44,604 bases of DNA, taken from positions 1 through 44,604 of IMG/VR virus record IMGVR_UViG_3300019876_000002. One strand, given 5' to 3'. Origin of the DNA: a virus (taxonomy: Duplodnaviria; Caudoviricetes). The stretch's first letter is position 1. Every line of letters begins with the position of its first letter. Below, in pieces: positions 8,933 to 17,666 of this stretch. The translations under genes were made by a program, and so were the position numbers. The notes under the pieces are model-generated. The model did no database searches, was not told the origin of the DNA, and saw only the letters and a program-made list of their open reading frames with translations.

Positions 8933-8947
8933 GCTGATAAGTAAATA

Positions 8948-9250
8948 ATGACGTTCCTAGAGCGATACACCAAAGAAGAGACATGGTGGGGTAAAGTACT
9001 CATTATGGAGATATTTCATCTCACTATGTCTCAAAAGGATAATACATGGACGGTAGGTAAAACTGCCGAACAATTTCAATGTAGTATCGGCTTAGTCAGC
9101 GAGAATCTACGATTAGCACACGCTTCCCATAACTCCTTACCTATTATAATTAACTGTGACACTAGAGAGCAAGCGTTAAAAATGTTAGTTAAAGAGGTGA
9201 GAAGTGCCAAAATTACTGATTTTTCCGGACCCCCTAAACGCCAGATGTGA
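8948..9250 (+). CDS. HTH DNA-binding protein (ParB-like HTH)
   Basis: WTVGKTAEQFQCSIGLVSENLRLA. Confidence 0.65.
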   Translation: MTFLERYTKEETWWGKVLIMEIFHLTMSQKDNTWTVGKTAEQFQCSIGLVSENLRLAHASHNSLPIIINCDTREQALKMLVKEVRSAKITDFSGPPKRQM

Positions 9251-9875
9251 ATTACGACACGATGATGGTGGTATCGTTGTTATTGGTGTCCTTGATACAC
9301 ACTCTCAAGGTCGTAAAGGTCAATCATTTCCAATACCTATAGGACTTCCACAAGGTCACGGCGCGAGAGTATTTATTTCATCCCCCGGTAAAGTTCCATT
9401 AGAACAACGTGGAACTCTATGGTATGATGATGATACTGTTGAAATTCCATTTCCTGAAGGTGGAGCCTGTTTATTTACTGACGATTTTAAATTACAAAAC
9501 ATCCCAACTCCAACACCTAATCCAATTCCAGTTCCAGAAGACCCTAATAGACTTCCATTTGATATCATCATGGGTGTATATCATTCGGCCGTCTACGATT
9601 TAACAACTAAGGAGGGATGTGGAATATTTACTCAAGATTGTTGCACTAAGTTACATCAATTACATTCACCCACTTGGGGTCACATTAGGAAAACAGGTGC
9701 GCAAAATCAATACAACGGACATGCCGTTGATGCTATTCAAATTCTTATGTCGTTGTCTAATTGTGCTGCTGGTATCTACGACATTATTGTTGATAGTGAA
9801 GCTAGTGGCGCCAGACCTGGTTTCAATAGAACTGACAACGCTAATCAGAGTTTATGGTTCTACCCTGCTAATTAG
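9204..9875 (+). CDS. Two-domain protein with Pro/Thr linker; possible Cys-His-Asp hydrolase domain
   Basis: GAGGTG RBS and GTG start; PTPTPNPIPVP linker; GCG...GHAVDAI...YDII. Confidence 0.6.
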   Translation: MPKLLIFPDPLNARCELRHDDGGIVVIGVLDTHSQGRKGQSFPIPIGLPQGHGARVFISSPGKVPLEQRGTLWYDDDTVEIPFPEGGACLFTDDFKLQNIPTPTPNPIPVPEDPNRLPFDIIMGVYHSAVYDLTTKEGCGIFTQDCCTKLHQLHSPTWGHIRKTGAQNQYNGHAVDAIQILMSLSNCAAGIYDIIVDSEASGARPGFNRTDNANQSLWFYPAN

Positions 9876-9925
9876 TTTATTTCTGTATTGGTTACTTTCG
9901 CCGTTAGATTTCGGGAGAAGGGACG

Positions 9926-10126
9926 ATGGCTAAGATTTGGACACCACAAGAAATTGAAGTTTATCGAACATGGGTTCGTGCATTATATGAGGAGGCATCT
10001 GATAAGTTAAGTGATTGGGAAAATTCATTTGTAGATAATATTGGCACACAGCTTCTGAGTAACCGAAATTTAACAGAAGCTCAAGCCGAGAAATTAGAAC
10101 AAGTTTATGCAAAGCATACCGGATGA
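9926..10126 (+). CDS. Small helical phage protein
   Basis: LSDWENSF...LTEAQ..KL pattern common in phage proteins; GGGAG/AAGGGA RBS. Confidence 0.75.
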   Translation: MAKIWTPQEIEVYRTWVRALYEEASDKLSDWENSFVDNIGTQLLSNRNLTEAQAEKLEQVYAKHTG

Positions 10127-10271
10127 TAAGGACATAAAATCAGACAAAATTAAAGACAATGAGACGTGGAATACTTGTCCGAAATGTGAACGTTCATGGA
10201 AAGATTATATCCCTACTCCAGGGTTAATTCATCGAACGAGATTGTGTCAAGAGTGTATAAATAAAAAATGA
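10107..10271 (+). CDS. Small zinc-ribbon protein (54 aa, not in ORF track)
   Basis: CPKC...CQEC; ATGA overlap with the next gene. Confidence 0.6.
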   Translation: MQSIPDDKDIKSDKIKDNETWNTCPKCERSWKDYIPTPGLIHRTRLCQECINKK

Positions 10272-10459
10272 TTAAATCAACTGCTCATTCTAACATTCTT
10301 AAGGGAGATACGCCTGCTTCCTTAAAGAATATAGAAATGCAAGAACAATGTAGTTTATGTGAAAGAGCAATACCCGACGGTAAAATGGTTCTTAGACATG
10401 ATAAAACAAGGAACATTCTTTGTGTATTATGTCTAGTGGAGATAGCTGAGATACAATGA
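10268..10459 (+). CDS. Small zinc-finger protein
   Basis: CSLC...CVLC. Confidence 0.65.
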   Translation: MIKSTAHSNILKGDTPASLKNIEMQEQCSLCERAIPDGKMVLRHDKTRNILCVLCLVEIAEIQ

Positions 10460-13047
10460 GCGAGCGTAAGTATATTCCAGGTAGGGGTCCAATCGGCGCT
10501 AAATTAATGATTCTGTCTGATTGTCCATCATCAGCAGATACAGCCGCAGGTTTGGCTATGGTTGGACCTCCTGGTAGAGAATTAGATTTTCTATTGAAAG
10601 ATTCTGGTATTCACAGAGATAACTGTTGGATATCTAATGTTTCTAAATATGAAGTAACTCCTAATCGTCGTGGTAATAAACCCATACCATTTCACGTTCG
10701 CGCTAAGAACGATGGAATTGATATGGATGAACAACTACACGATTTACAGGAGGAAATTTCAGCTATTAAACCTAACTGTATCCTCGCACTTGGTGGGGCA
10801 GCATTATGGGCACTATCAGGTAAAACTAAGATAGAACCATATCGAGGTTCAATTCTACATGGAATGGGTTCTAAGTTCGTCGCAACTTATCATCCAGCTA
10901 ATCTATTAAATAATACAGATAATCGAAGTGAGTTCATTGGATATTGGAATCGTCAAATTATTATATGTGATTTCAAACGTGCAAAGAAACAATCAGAATT
11001 TCCTGAACTTCGACTTCCTATTAGACATCTTCAGATTTGTCATTCATCATATGATTTAGTTGAATTTATCAATAAGTGGCGGGCACGCGGTAAAACGCGA
11101 ATGTCAGTCGATATTGAAGCTAATGGAACCTGTGTCCCGGTGTGTATTGGAATAGCTTTCGATAGAACACATGGTATGACCGTTCCATTATGGAATGAAG
11201 GTGGAATATCAACTATTCCAACCTCAGATTTAATTCAAATTTGGCTCATTTTATCAAAGATATTAATTGAATTTGATATCATTGGGCAGAATTTCAATTA
11301 TGACCGAGATAAAATTAAACGACTTGGATTCACTATTAGAAAACTTGTCTCTGATGTCATGCTTAAAGCCCATGCCATTAATCCAGAATTACCAAAAGGA
11401 TTGGCATTCAACACAAGTATATTTACCGAAGAACCTTACTATAAAGACGAAGGAATGTATCAAGGTTCCACTCATGATTTATTCATTGGATGTGCTCGTG
11501 ACGCTTGTGTAACTATTGAATTAGATGAAGTAATGGAACCTGATTTAGTAGAAGTCGGGATGAAGAATTTCTTTGAGAAATTCCTAATGAAACTTCCTGA
11601 TTTCTATTGGGATATCGAACGTCAAGGTTTCAATGTAGATATTACTGAACGTGACCTGTTATTGCGAAAATACATTAGTTGGGATGAAAGGATTCGACAT
11701 GAATTATTCACCATCGTCGGGACCGAAGTTAACGTTAACTCTCCCAAACAAATTAAGTCTCTTCTTTTCGAGAACTTCAAATTACCTCCTAAAGCTTCAA
11801 CAGGGGAAGAAGACCTTACGGCACTTCTTAATAGTCCCACTGCCATCAAGAAGGAAGAACATAGAAGGGTCTGTGAACTTATTCTTGAGGGACGTAGGGT
11901 TAGAAAATCTATTTCAACCTACCTCATGGCCTTACCGGATTATGACGGTAGAATGCGAACTACTTATTTTCCCTGTCTCGACACTGGTAGGTCATCTACT
12001 GGCCAACAAGACCCTCCTATTAGACCTACAATAGAAGTTAGAGATGAAAGTAATAAGAAGAAAAATAGAGTATTAGGCACCGCTTTTCAAACCATGACTA
12101 AACATGGTGATATTGGTGCTGACATTCGTGGCATGTATATCACTGACATTTCACATATTGAATTTATTAATCATCTACCTGTAACTATTGATGAACCTGA
12201 ATCTTTCGTCCAAGCTGATAGTAGTCAGGCTGAGGCGAGAGTAGTATGGTTATTAGCAGATGATGAGGAGGCATTAACCCTTGTTGACACCATTGACTAT
12301 CATGCTCTTACTGCTTCTTGGTTTTTCGGTGGGACTGAATCTGATTATTCTAAAAAAGTATTGGGATATGAACATCCTATTAGATTTGCTGGCAAAACGC
12401 TTAGACATGCTGGTCACTTGGGAGCGGGTAAACGGCGAGCTAGTATCTCAGTTAATACAGATGCACGAAAATATAAAATTCCTATCCAAATTAGTGAAGC
12501 AGTGGCGGAACGGGCACTTAAAGTATTTCATACAAAACAACCAAAGATTCAACAGGTCTTTCAATCGGGAGTAGTAGAAGCTTTAAAGAAAAATAGGTCT
12601 TTAATAGCACCTACACCGTTTGGAATGGATTTAGATATTGGCGGTCGCCGAATGTTCTTTGAACGTTGGGGGGAAGAATTATTTAGGCAGGCATTCTCTT
12701 ACATTCCTCAAAGAGCAGTAACTGACAATACTAAAGCGGCCGGGATTCGCATTAAGGAAAGAATACCAGGAATTAAGATAGTAATGGAAGCTCATGACTC
12801 ATTATTATTTAGTATTCCCGATTCAAAACTAAAGGAACAATGTTTAATCATTAAGGAAGAATTTGAACGTGTTATTGATTTTAGTCGATGCTCAATTAGA
12901 CGACGAGAATTAGTTATACCATGTGAAATTGAAGTTGGTAAGAATTATAGGGATTTGCATAAATTCAAGGATATGCCGATTACTATTGTTAAACCGAAAC
13001 CAATTGAACCACCTAAAACATTACAGCAAAGGTTCCAGGTGTTATGA
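10456..13047 (+). CDS. Family A DNA polymerase with N-terminal uracil-DNA-glycosylase-like domain and 3'-5' exonuclease (SPO1-type architecture)
   Basis: UDG-like region (GRGP..AKLMIL, VGPPG, ILALG..A, YRGS, TYHPA), exonuclease motifs DIE and QNFNYD, TGRSS, motif A DSSQAEAR, motif C HDS. Confidence 0.93.
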   Translation: MSERKYIPGRGPIGAKLMILSDCPSSADTAAGLAMVGPPGRELDFLLKDSGIHRDNCWISNVSKYEVTPNRRGNKPIPFHVRAKNDGIDMDEQLHDLQEEISAIKPNCILALGGAALWALSGKTKIEPYRGSILHGMGSKFVATYHPANLLNNTDNRSEFIGYWNRQIIICDFKRAKKQSEFPELRLPIRHLQICHSSYDLVEFINKWRARGKTRMSVDIEANGTCVPVCIGIAFDRTHGMTVPLWNEGGISTIPTSDLIQIWLILSKILIEFDIIGQNFNYDRDKIKRLGFTIRKLVSDVMLKAHAINPELPKGLAFNTSIFTEEPYYKDEGMYQGSTHDLFIGCARDACVTIELDEVMEPDLVEVGMKNFFEKFLMKLPDFYWDIERQGFNVDITERDLLLRKYISWDERIRHELFTIVGTEVNVNSPKQIKSLLFENFKLPPKASTGEEDLTALLNSPTAIKKEEHRRVCELILEGRRVRKSISTYLMALPDYDGRMRTTYFPCLDTGRSSTGQQDPPIRPTIEVRDESNKKKNRVLGTAFQTMTKHGDIGADIRGMYITDISHIEFINHLPVTIDEPESFVQADSSQAEARVVWLLADDEEALTLVDTIDYHALTASWFFGGTESDYSKKVLGYEHPIRFAGKTLRHAGHLGAGKRRASISVNTDARKYKIPIQISEAVAERALKVFHTKQPKIQQVFQSGVVEALKKNRSLIAPTPFGMDLDIGGRRMFFERWGEELFRQAFSYIPQRAVTDNTKAAGIRIKERIPGIKIVMEAHDSLLFSIPDSKLKEQCLIIKEEFERVIDFSRCSIRRRELVIPCEIEVGKNYRDLHKFKDMPITIVKPKPIEPPKTLQQRFQVL

Positions 13048-13310
13048 TTAAATTATTAGGGAGACATGAACATAGCGGTCGCGATTTTCTATGTATTGTT
13101 CTAACTAAGGACAATGTGGACCGTCTCAAAACTGATGCGATTCATTTTCATGCTGAGCAAATGAATATATCTCACTTACTTATAAATGAAGTTGTTATTA
13201 TGTATTTTGAGACTATTGAAGAAGCCATCAAGTTTTTTAGGGAAGATGGTTCAATTACTGAAAATACTGTAGTAATTAATGAAGATGTTGAAAAAGGAAA
13301 AGTAAATTGA
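13044..13310 (+). CDS. Hypothetical protein
   Basis: ATGA overlap with the upstream gene. Confidence 0.7.
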   Translation: MIKLLGRHEHSGRDFLCIVLTKDNVDRLKTDAIHFHAEQMNISHLLINEVVIMYFETIEEAIKFFREDGSITENTVVINEDVEKGKVN

Positions 13311-13498
13311 TTCAACCTACTGACTCTAATTTTGTCCAACCCTATACAGAGGGTCCAACTGAAAATAACTGTAAAATGCGTCTAATACAATGTATTCCAT
13401 GTGGATACACTATAGTCAGCAATCTTATGGGTCCAATCTGCGGAAATTGTAAACGAAAAATGATTACAGTAATAGTTAAAAATGAGTTGGCTAAGTGA
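13307..13498 (+). CDS. Small zinc-ribbon protein
   Basis: CIPC...CGNC. Confidence 0.6.
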   Translation: MIQPTDSNFVQPYTEGPTENNCKMRLIQCIPCGYTIVSNLMGPICGNCKRKMITVIVKNELAK

Positions 13499-14765
13499 AT
13501 TAACTCTACAACATGACGAATTAGAGAGTCCTAAATCTTTCTGGTATTGGAGTGCAATTGCTGCCATTTCCGCCGTAGTAAAAGATAATGTATGGATGCC
13601 TCGTGGTGGCGTCTTTAATACCTATCCTAATATTTATGTTATGCTTCACGCCGAATCAGGGATGAAGAAAGGCCCCCCTGTATCTATGGCTAAGCAATTA
13701 GTAAAAGCTGTTAATAATACAAAAATTATATCCGGTCGCAGTTCAATTCAAGGTATTCTGAAGGAATTAGGTTCGGCTGAAACTAGACCTGGTGGAAAGG
13801 TAAATGCTAAGTCAGTCGCATTTATTTGTTCATCAGAGTTATCGTCATCTATCGTGGAAGATAAAGTTGCTACTAAGATTTTGACTGACTTATACGACCG
13901 TTCATATAATGAAGGTGAATGGAAGTCTATCTTGAAAATGGAAAACTTTCAATTGATAGACCCAACTATCACTATGTTAACGGCTACGAATGAAGCTATG
14001 TCCGAAGACTTTTTTACGAAGTCTGCTATTCAAGGAGGATATTTTGCACGGACATTCATCATTCATGAAAAAACAGGTCACACAATTAACTCTCTTATCT
14101 ATCCTCTTGGCCATACTCCTAATTATACCGAGTCTGCTAATTATCTTAAAATATTGGGACAGCTTAAAGGACCATTTTCTCCAATAGCTTCAATTGAAAA
14201 GAATGATACTTGTACTTTTCGTCGTATAAAGCATGGAAGAGAAATTTGGTTCCATCCTGTAGGATTACGATATGACGAATGGTATGAGGACTTTCGCGCT
14301 TCCATTTCTCATATGGAAACTAGGGATGAGACTGGCACATTAAATAGATTTGGTGATTCTGTTCTTAAAGTAGCAATGTTATTATCATTAGCAGAAGAAC
14401 CTATATTAACATTAAGTATGACAGCTATGGATACTGCTATTTCCGAATGTGAGAAATTATTAGGTAGTGTTCGACGAACTACACTAGGTAAATACGGAAT
14501 CAGTAATTCAGCTACTCTAAAAAATCTGATAATTATGGAACTGTTTAATAGAGATAATCATCAAGTATCCCGAGCGATGTTGATGAAGAAAATGTGGATG
14601 CATTATGAGAGTGCCCAGGAATTTGATGAAATTATGTTGTCCTTTAATGAGAGTAGCATGATTATTACATCAAGCGTAGGCAATCAAATTATCTATAATA
14701 TGCCTCCTAATCAAGTAGTTGAAATGTCACGTTTCATGGAAGGCAAACAACAGAAGAAACAATGA
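13482..14765 (+). CDS. DUF3987/YfjI-like AAA+ replicative helicase without a primase domain
   Basis: ESP..F..W, YPNIYVML, degenerate Walker A AESGMKKG, LTDLYD, GGYFAR, and a winged-helix-like C-terminus; sits downstream of polA. Confidence 0.72.
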   Translation: MSWLSELTLQHDELESPKSFWYWSAIAAISAVVKDNVWMPRGGVFNTYPNIYVMLHAESGMKKGPPVSMAKQLVKAVNNTKIISGRSSIQGILKELGSAETRPGGKVNAKSVAFICSSELSSSIVEDKVATKILTDLYDRSYNEGEWKSILKMENFQLIDPTITMLTATNEAMSEDFFTKSAIQGGYFARTFIIHEKTGHTINSLIYPLGHTPNYTESANYLKILGQLKGPFSPIASIEKNDTCTFRRIKHGREIWFHPVGLRYDEWYEDFRASISHMETRDETGTLNRFGDSVLKVAMLLSLAEEPILTLSMTAMDTAISECEKLLGSVRRTTLGKYGISNSATLKNLIIMELFNRDNHQVSRAMLMKKMWMHYESAQEFDEIMLSFNESSMIITSSVGNQIIYNMPPNQVVEMSRFMEGKQQKKQ

Positions 14766-15040
14766 GATTAGTATATCTATTATTGATAATATTATATACT
14801 ATGAAAATGTTTCAGTGGGGATATCAGATTCTCTCAGACCAGGAGAATGTGCCGTTGAATTGTAAACACTGTAATCAACGATTATTTCCAATTCATGAAG
14901 AAACTCCAAATAGAATAGGAGTGTGGACCTGTTTCAATACTAAATGTGTTATGGTGCGAATGCCAATTGATAAGAATAATTGTCTGATAAAAGATTTGAA
15001 GGTGAAAAGTGGAAAGAATTCCAGCAAAGTACGAGATTAA
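14762..15040 (+). CDS. Zinc-ribbon protein with hydrophobic N-terminus
   Basis: CKHC...C-x4-C; start uncertain. Confidence 0.55.
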   Translation: MRLVYLLLIILYTMKMFQWGYQILSDQENVPLNCKHCNQRLFPIHEETPNRIGVWTCFNTKCVMVRMPIDKNNCLIKDLKVKSGKNSSKVRD

Positions 15041-15254
15041 TGAAAATACTAAGAAACAAATTCAGAATAATTTTACATATCATCCGCCGAAGGATGACCA
15101 ACAGGGTCGATATGTAACTATTAGAGATGAAGCTAAAAATTTAGCTATGTTAATTGCTGAACAGACACCGTCCAGCCGTGAACAATCATTAGCAATTACT
15201 AATCTAGAACAAGCTATATTCTGGGCGAACGCAGCTATTGCAAGGAATGAATAA
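15009..15254 (+). CDS. Acb2/Tad1-family cyclic-nucleotide sponge (anti-defence)
   Basis: NNFTYHPP...Y..IR...SREQSLAITNLEQAIFWANAAIAR matches the hairpin signature of this family. Confidence 0.78.
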   Translation: MERIPAKYEINENTKKQIQNNFTYHPPKDDQQGRYVTIRDEAKNLAMLIAEQTPSSREQSLAITNLEQAIFWANAAIARNE

Positions 15255-15382
15255 TGGCCCAAGATATTACAGTCAAAGATAGACGACATTACAATAAGGA
15301 AATTAAGTTACTGAAAGATAGAGTTAAGATTTTAGAAAAAACAATCAAACGACTCAATAAGTATTTAGGATGGAATAAATGA
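15254..15382 (+). CDS. Small coiled-coil protein (42 aa, not in ORF track)
   Basis: AAGGA RBS; coupled at both ends; MAQDITVKDRRHYNKEIKLLKDRVKILEKTIKRLNKYLGWNK. Confidence 0.6.
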   Translation: MAQDITVKDRRHYNKEIKLLKDRVKILEKTIKRLNKYLGWNK

Positions 15383-15795
15383 ACAATGAATATACAGTCT
15401 CCGTAGTAGGCACTCCAGTTAATGTTGCTGACTATAAAATTTACTCAGATGAATTTCCAACTGGACATGCTGGACCTGGAGATTTCTTTTATTCTAGGTC
15501 TGGAGATGCTGTTCATTTCTGGGGTAAAATTGATTTAAAACCTACTACGCCAGGTGGATTAATGATTGTTCAACTTTCATTACCATTCCCTGCAACTATC
15601 TCTAACTATGCATATGCTGTTGGGCATGTTACTCAAACTGGTGGGATGCCAGCAGGAACATTATTTGGCTCTCAAGTTGGCGTTGAGGGTAATAATACAA
15701 CTATGGTAATTCGAGTTCTTGCTTCAAGTGAATCTCCGGCAGCATTTCGAGCTTATGCTGTAACTGGAGATTATATTGCTAACCCCTTAGAATAA
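15379..15795 (+). CDS. Stand-alone fibre-tip (receptor-binding head)-like beta domain
   Basis: YSRSGDAVHFWGKI...LSLPFP...VTGDY pattern typical of fibre C-terminal domains. Confidence 0.5.
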   Translation: MNNEYTVSVVGTPVNVADYKIYSDEFPTGHAGPGDFFYSRSGDAVHFWGKIDLKPTTPGGLMIVQLSLPFPATISNYAYAVGHVTQTGGMPAGTLFGSQVGVEGNNTTMVIRVLASSESPAAFRAYAVTGDYIANPLE

Positions 15796-15802
15796 ATAAG
15801 AA

Positions 15803-15886
15803 GCCGGGTTGGCGAAATTGGCAAACGCATGAGACTTAAAATCTCACGGTCGAAAGACCTTGTCGGTTCGATTCCGACACCCGGCA
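15803..15886 (+). tRNA. tRNA-Leu(TAA), no encoded CCA
   Basis: Acceptor GCCGGGT/ACCCGGC+A; D arm with GG; anticodon stem TGAGA/TCTCA with loop CTTAAAA; long variable arm GGTC-GAAA-GACC; T arm GTCGG-TTCGATT-CCGAC. Confidence 0.96.
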
Positions 15887-15893
15887 TACTCTT

Positions 15894-16115
15894 ATGATAG
15901 TTCCACCACCCGATGATTATGATGGAATAGAAATAGATATTCTGTTTGCTGATGAACTAGCAGAAAGATTAACTGAAGATCAATATGCTTATATTAAAGA
16001 ATTAATGAGTCGGCCGCCTTGGAGATGTCCAGTGTGTAATTGTAAAAACGCGAGTGACAATGAAAAATGTGTTTATTGTTACATTCGCAATCATGTGATG
16101 ACACCGAAGCCATGA
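15894..16115 (+). CDS. RanBP2-like zinc-ribbon protein
   Basis: WRCPVC...N.....KCVYC. Confidence 0.65.
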   Translation: MIVPPPDDYDGIEIDILFADELAERLTEDQYAYIKELMSRPPWRCPVCNCKNASDNEKCVYCYIRNHVMTPKP

Positions 16116-16555
16116 GAAAATACATTCTATATAATCCTGATGTAGCCTCATTCAAGTATCATAGTACTAGTGAAATGGACTCTAATTTTACTGTGATGGC
16201 TGAATCAATAGGCGATGAGTATCATACAATGAAAGAACTGTATGAACATCGTTATGAATTATTCTTAGCATTAGTTAAAATTTACGATAATTACATTACC
16301 CCATTAGGACGTGAAGTTAAATGTTGGAAATCTAAATTTCATGATGATGGAACTATGTTTGATAATTCATTTATTTTAGGAATAAGAGCAGTTAAAGTAG
16401 CTTGGTTAGCAGATATTGACCCAAGTGTTATTAATATTACATATCACCTTCCTTTGAAATATTGGGATAGAGCTAATGTAATTGAATTAGATAAAGCTCC
16501 TAAATGGGATGGATATACTTCTAAGGATGTTCTCGAAAGGTTACGTCTATTATGA
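16112..16555 (+). CDS. WDGH-type conserved phage protein
   Basis: HTMKELYEHR, WKSKFHDDG, ITYHLP, APKWDGYT; ATGA start at 16112 preferred over 16067. Confidence 0.75.
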   Translation: MRKYILYNPDVASFKYHSTSEMDSNFTVMAESIGDEYHTMKELYEHRYELFLALVKIYDNYITPLGREVKCWKSKFHDDGTMFDNSFILGIRAVKVAWLADIDPSVINITYHLPLKYWDRANVIELDKAPKWDGYTSKDVLERLRLL

Positions 16556-16737
16556 GTCCAATAGAATTAAGACTTGCAAAAATTGAAGAAATGTTACAAC
16601 ATCTGATTAACTATCAATCAGCTAAATTAGTAGTTACGCGAGTGGAAACAGTTGAACCTAATGGAAATATTAGAGAATTACCAATGACTAAAATGACATC
16701 AAGTCTGCATGGTATTATCATTCAGGTGAAATTATGA
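16552..16737 (+). CDS. Hypothetical protein
   Basis: ATGA overlaps on both sides. Confidence 0.6.
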   Translation: MSPIELRLAKIEEMLQHLINYQSAKLVVTRVETVEPNGNIRELPMTKMTSSLHGIIIQVKL

Positions 16738-16943
16738 TTATTGCACGAAGATTAACGATTATTCAGAAGAATGGTATGAGATTTGATTTTACTCATATTG
16801 AAGAAATTACTACTCTAGATAATACATTATTTATTAAAGGAGAAACTGATGATGTTGCTAATGGACGTGTTAAAACTCACGATAGATTTCCAATTGAACA
16901 TTTAGAACATATGTATGTAGATTGGTATATTCCTAAAGTCTAA
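16734..16943 (+). CDS. Hypothetical protein
   Basis: ATGA overlap; AGGTG RBS. Confidence 0.65.
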   Translation: MIIARRLTIIQKNGMRFDFTHIEEITTLDNTLFIKGETDDVANGRVKTHDRFPIEHLEHMYVDWYIPKV

Positions 16944-16944
16944 G

Positions 16945-17190
16945 ATGAAAGTAATTGGAAAGAATGGTAGAGCCTATTGGACTTGGGATAGAGCCAAATA
17001 TAATAAATGGCGAAAGTCCAATAGACAATTACGTAAGGAACTCGGAAAATGTCAAGATTGTCCTAAATCTGCTAACATTAGCTCATACGACCATAATATA
17101 TTAATTACTAGATGTCGTTCATGTGCATTAAAACAAGCTAAGATGAAAAAGAGGAAAAATGATACCAAGCGTAGTCAAAACGTTCGATAA
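16945..17190 (+). CDS. Basic zinc-finger protein
   Basis: GKCQDC...RCRSC. Confidence 0.65.
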   Translation: MKVIGKNGRAYWTWDRAKYNKWRKSNRQLRKELGKCQDCPKSANISSYDHNILITRCRSCALKQAKMKKRKNDTKRSQNVR

Positions 17191-17485
17191 ACTCAAAGAA
17201 CTTCACATTCGTAAAAATGCTGATTATACTGGTAAATCTAAGAATAGATTCTATAATTTTCGTATAGCTTCATTTTTTACACGAATATTTGATAATAATG
17301 AAGATAAAGTTTATGCAACTATTATTGGGATTAAATTCGGTCGTCTTTCGGCCCTATTAAATAGTAAAAATTGTCCACAAAATGAACCTGTATTAGATTC
17401 ATTTGATGATGCTATTGTCTATTTGGCTATTTGGAAGGCGGATGTAGAACGTAGATTAACTGAGGTGTCTAATGAAGAAAAATGA
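17159..17485 (+). CDS. DUF1599-like nucleotide-modification-associated / MazG-fold helical protein
   Basis: KNADY...NF...KFGRL...EPVLDSFDDAIVY. Confidence 0.7.
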   Translation: MIPSVVKTFDKLKELHIRKNADYTGKSKNRFYNFRIASFFTRIFDNNEDKVYATIIGIKFGRLSALLNSKNCPQNEPVLDSFDDAIVYLAIWKADVERRLTEVSNEEK

Positions 17486-17666
17486 ACCAATTCCAATCGC
17501 GATGTTAACGTCTACTGAGCCAACTCCTACAATCGAATTTGAATGTTTCGACTGTGAGGTGAATGACTCAGATAGACGTATGACTAAGCAACTTTTTAGT
17601 CGAAATGGTAAAATGCAATATAAGTTAACCTGCAAGAAACACGGAGAAACTTGGGTTCAACTTTAA
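17472..17666 (+). CDS. Small Cys/His protein; last + strand gene
   Basis: CFDC...CKKH; GAGGT RBS. Confidence 0.65.
   Translation: MKKNEPIPIAMLTSTEPTPTIEFECFDCEVNDSDRRMTKQLFSRNGKMQYKLTCKKHGETWVQL

Noticed and set aside
15860-15890. tRNA 3' end as an attP site
   Set aside because: No integrase or recombinase motifs are visible and the tRNA is complete.
17159-17485. Evidence for a Z-genome or hmU genome
   Set aside because: No PurZ, dCMP deaminase or thymidylate-synthase-like gene is recognisable, and GATC avoidance suggests the DNA remains restriction-sensitive.
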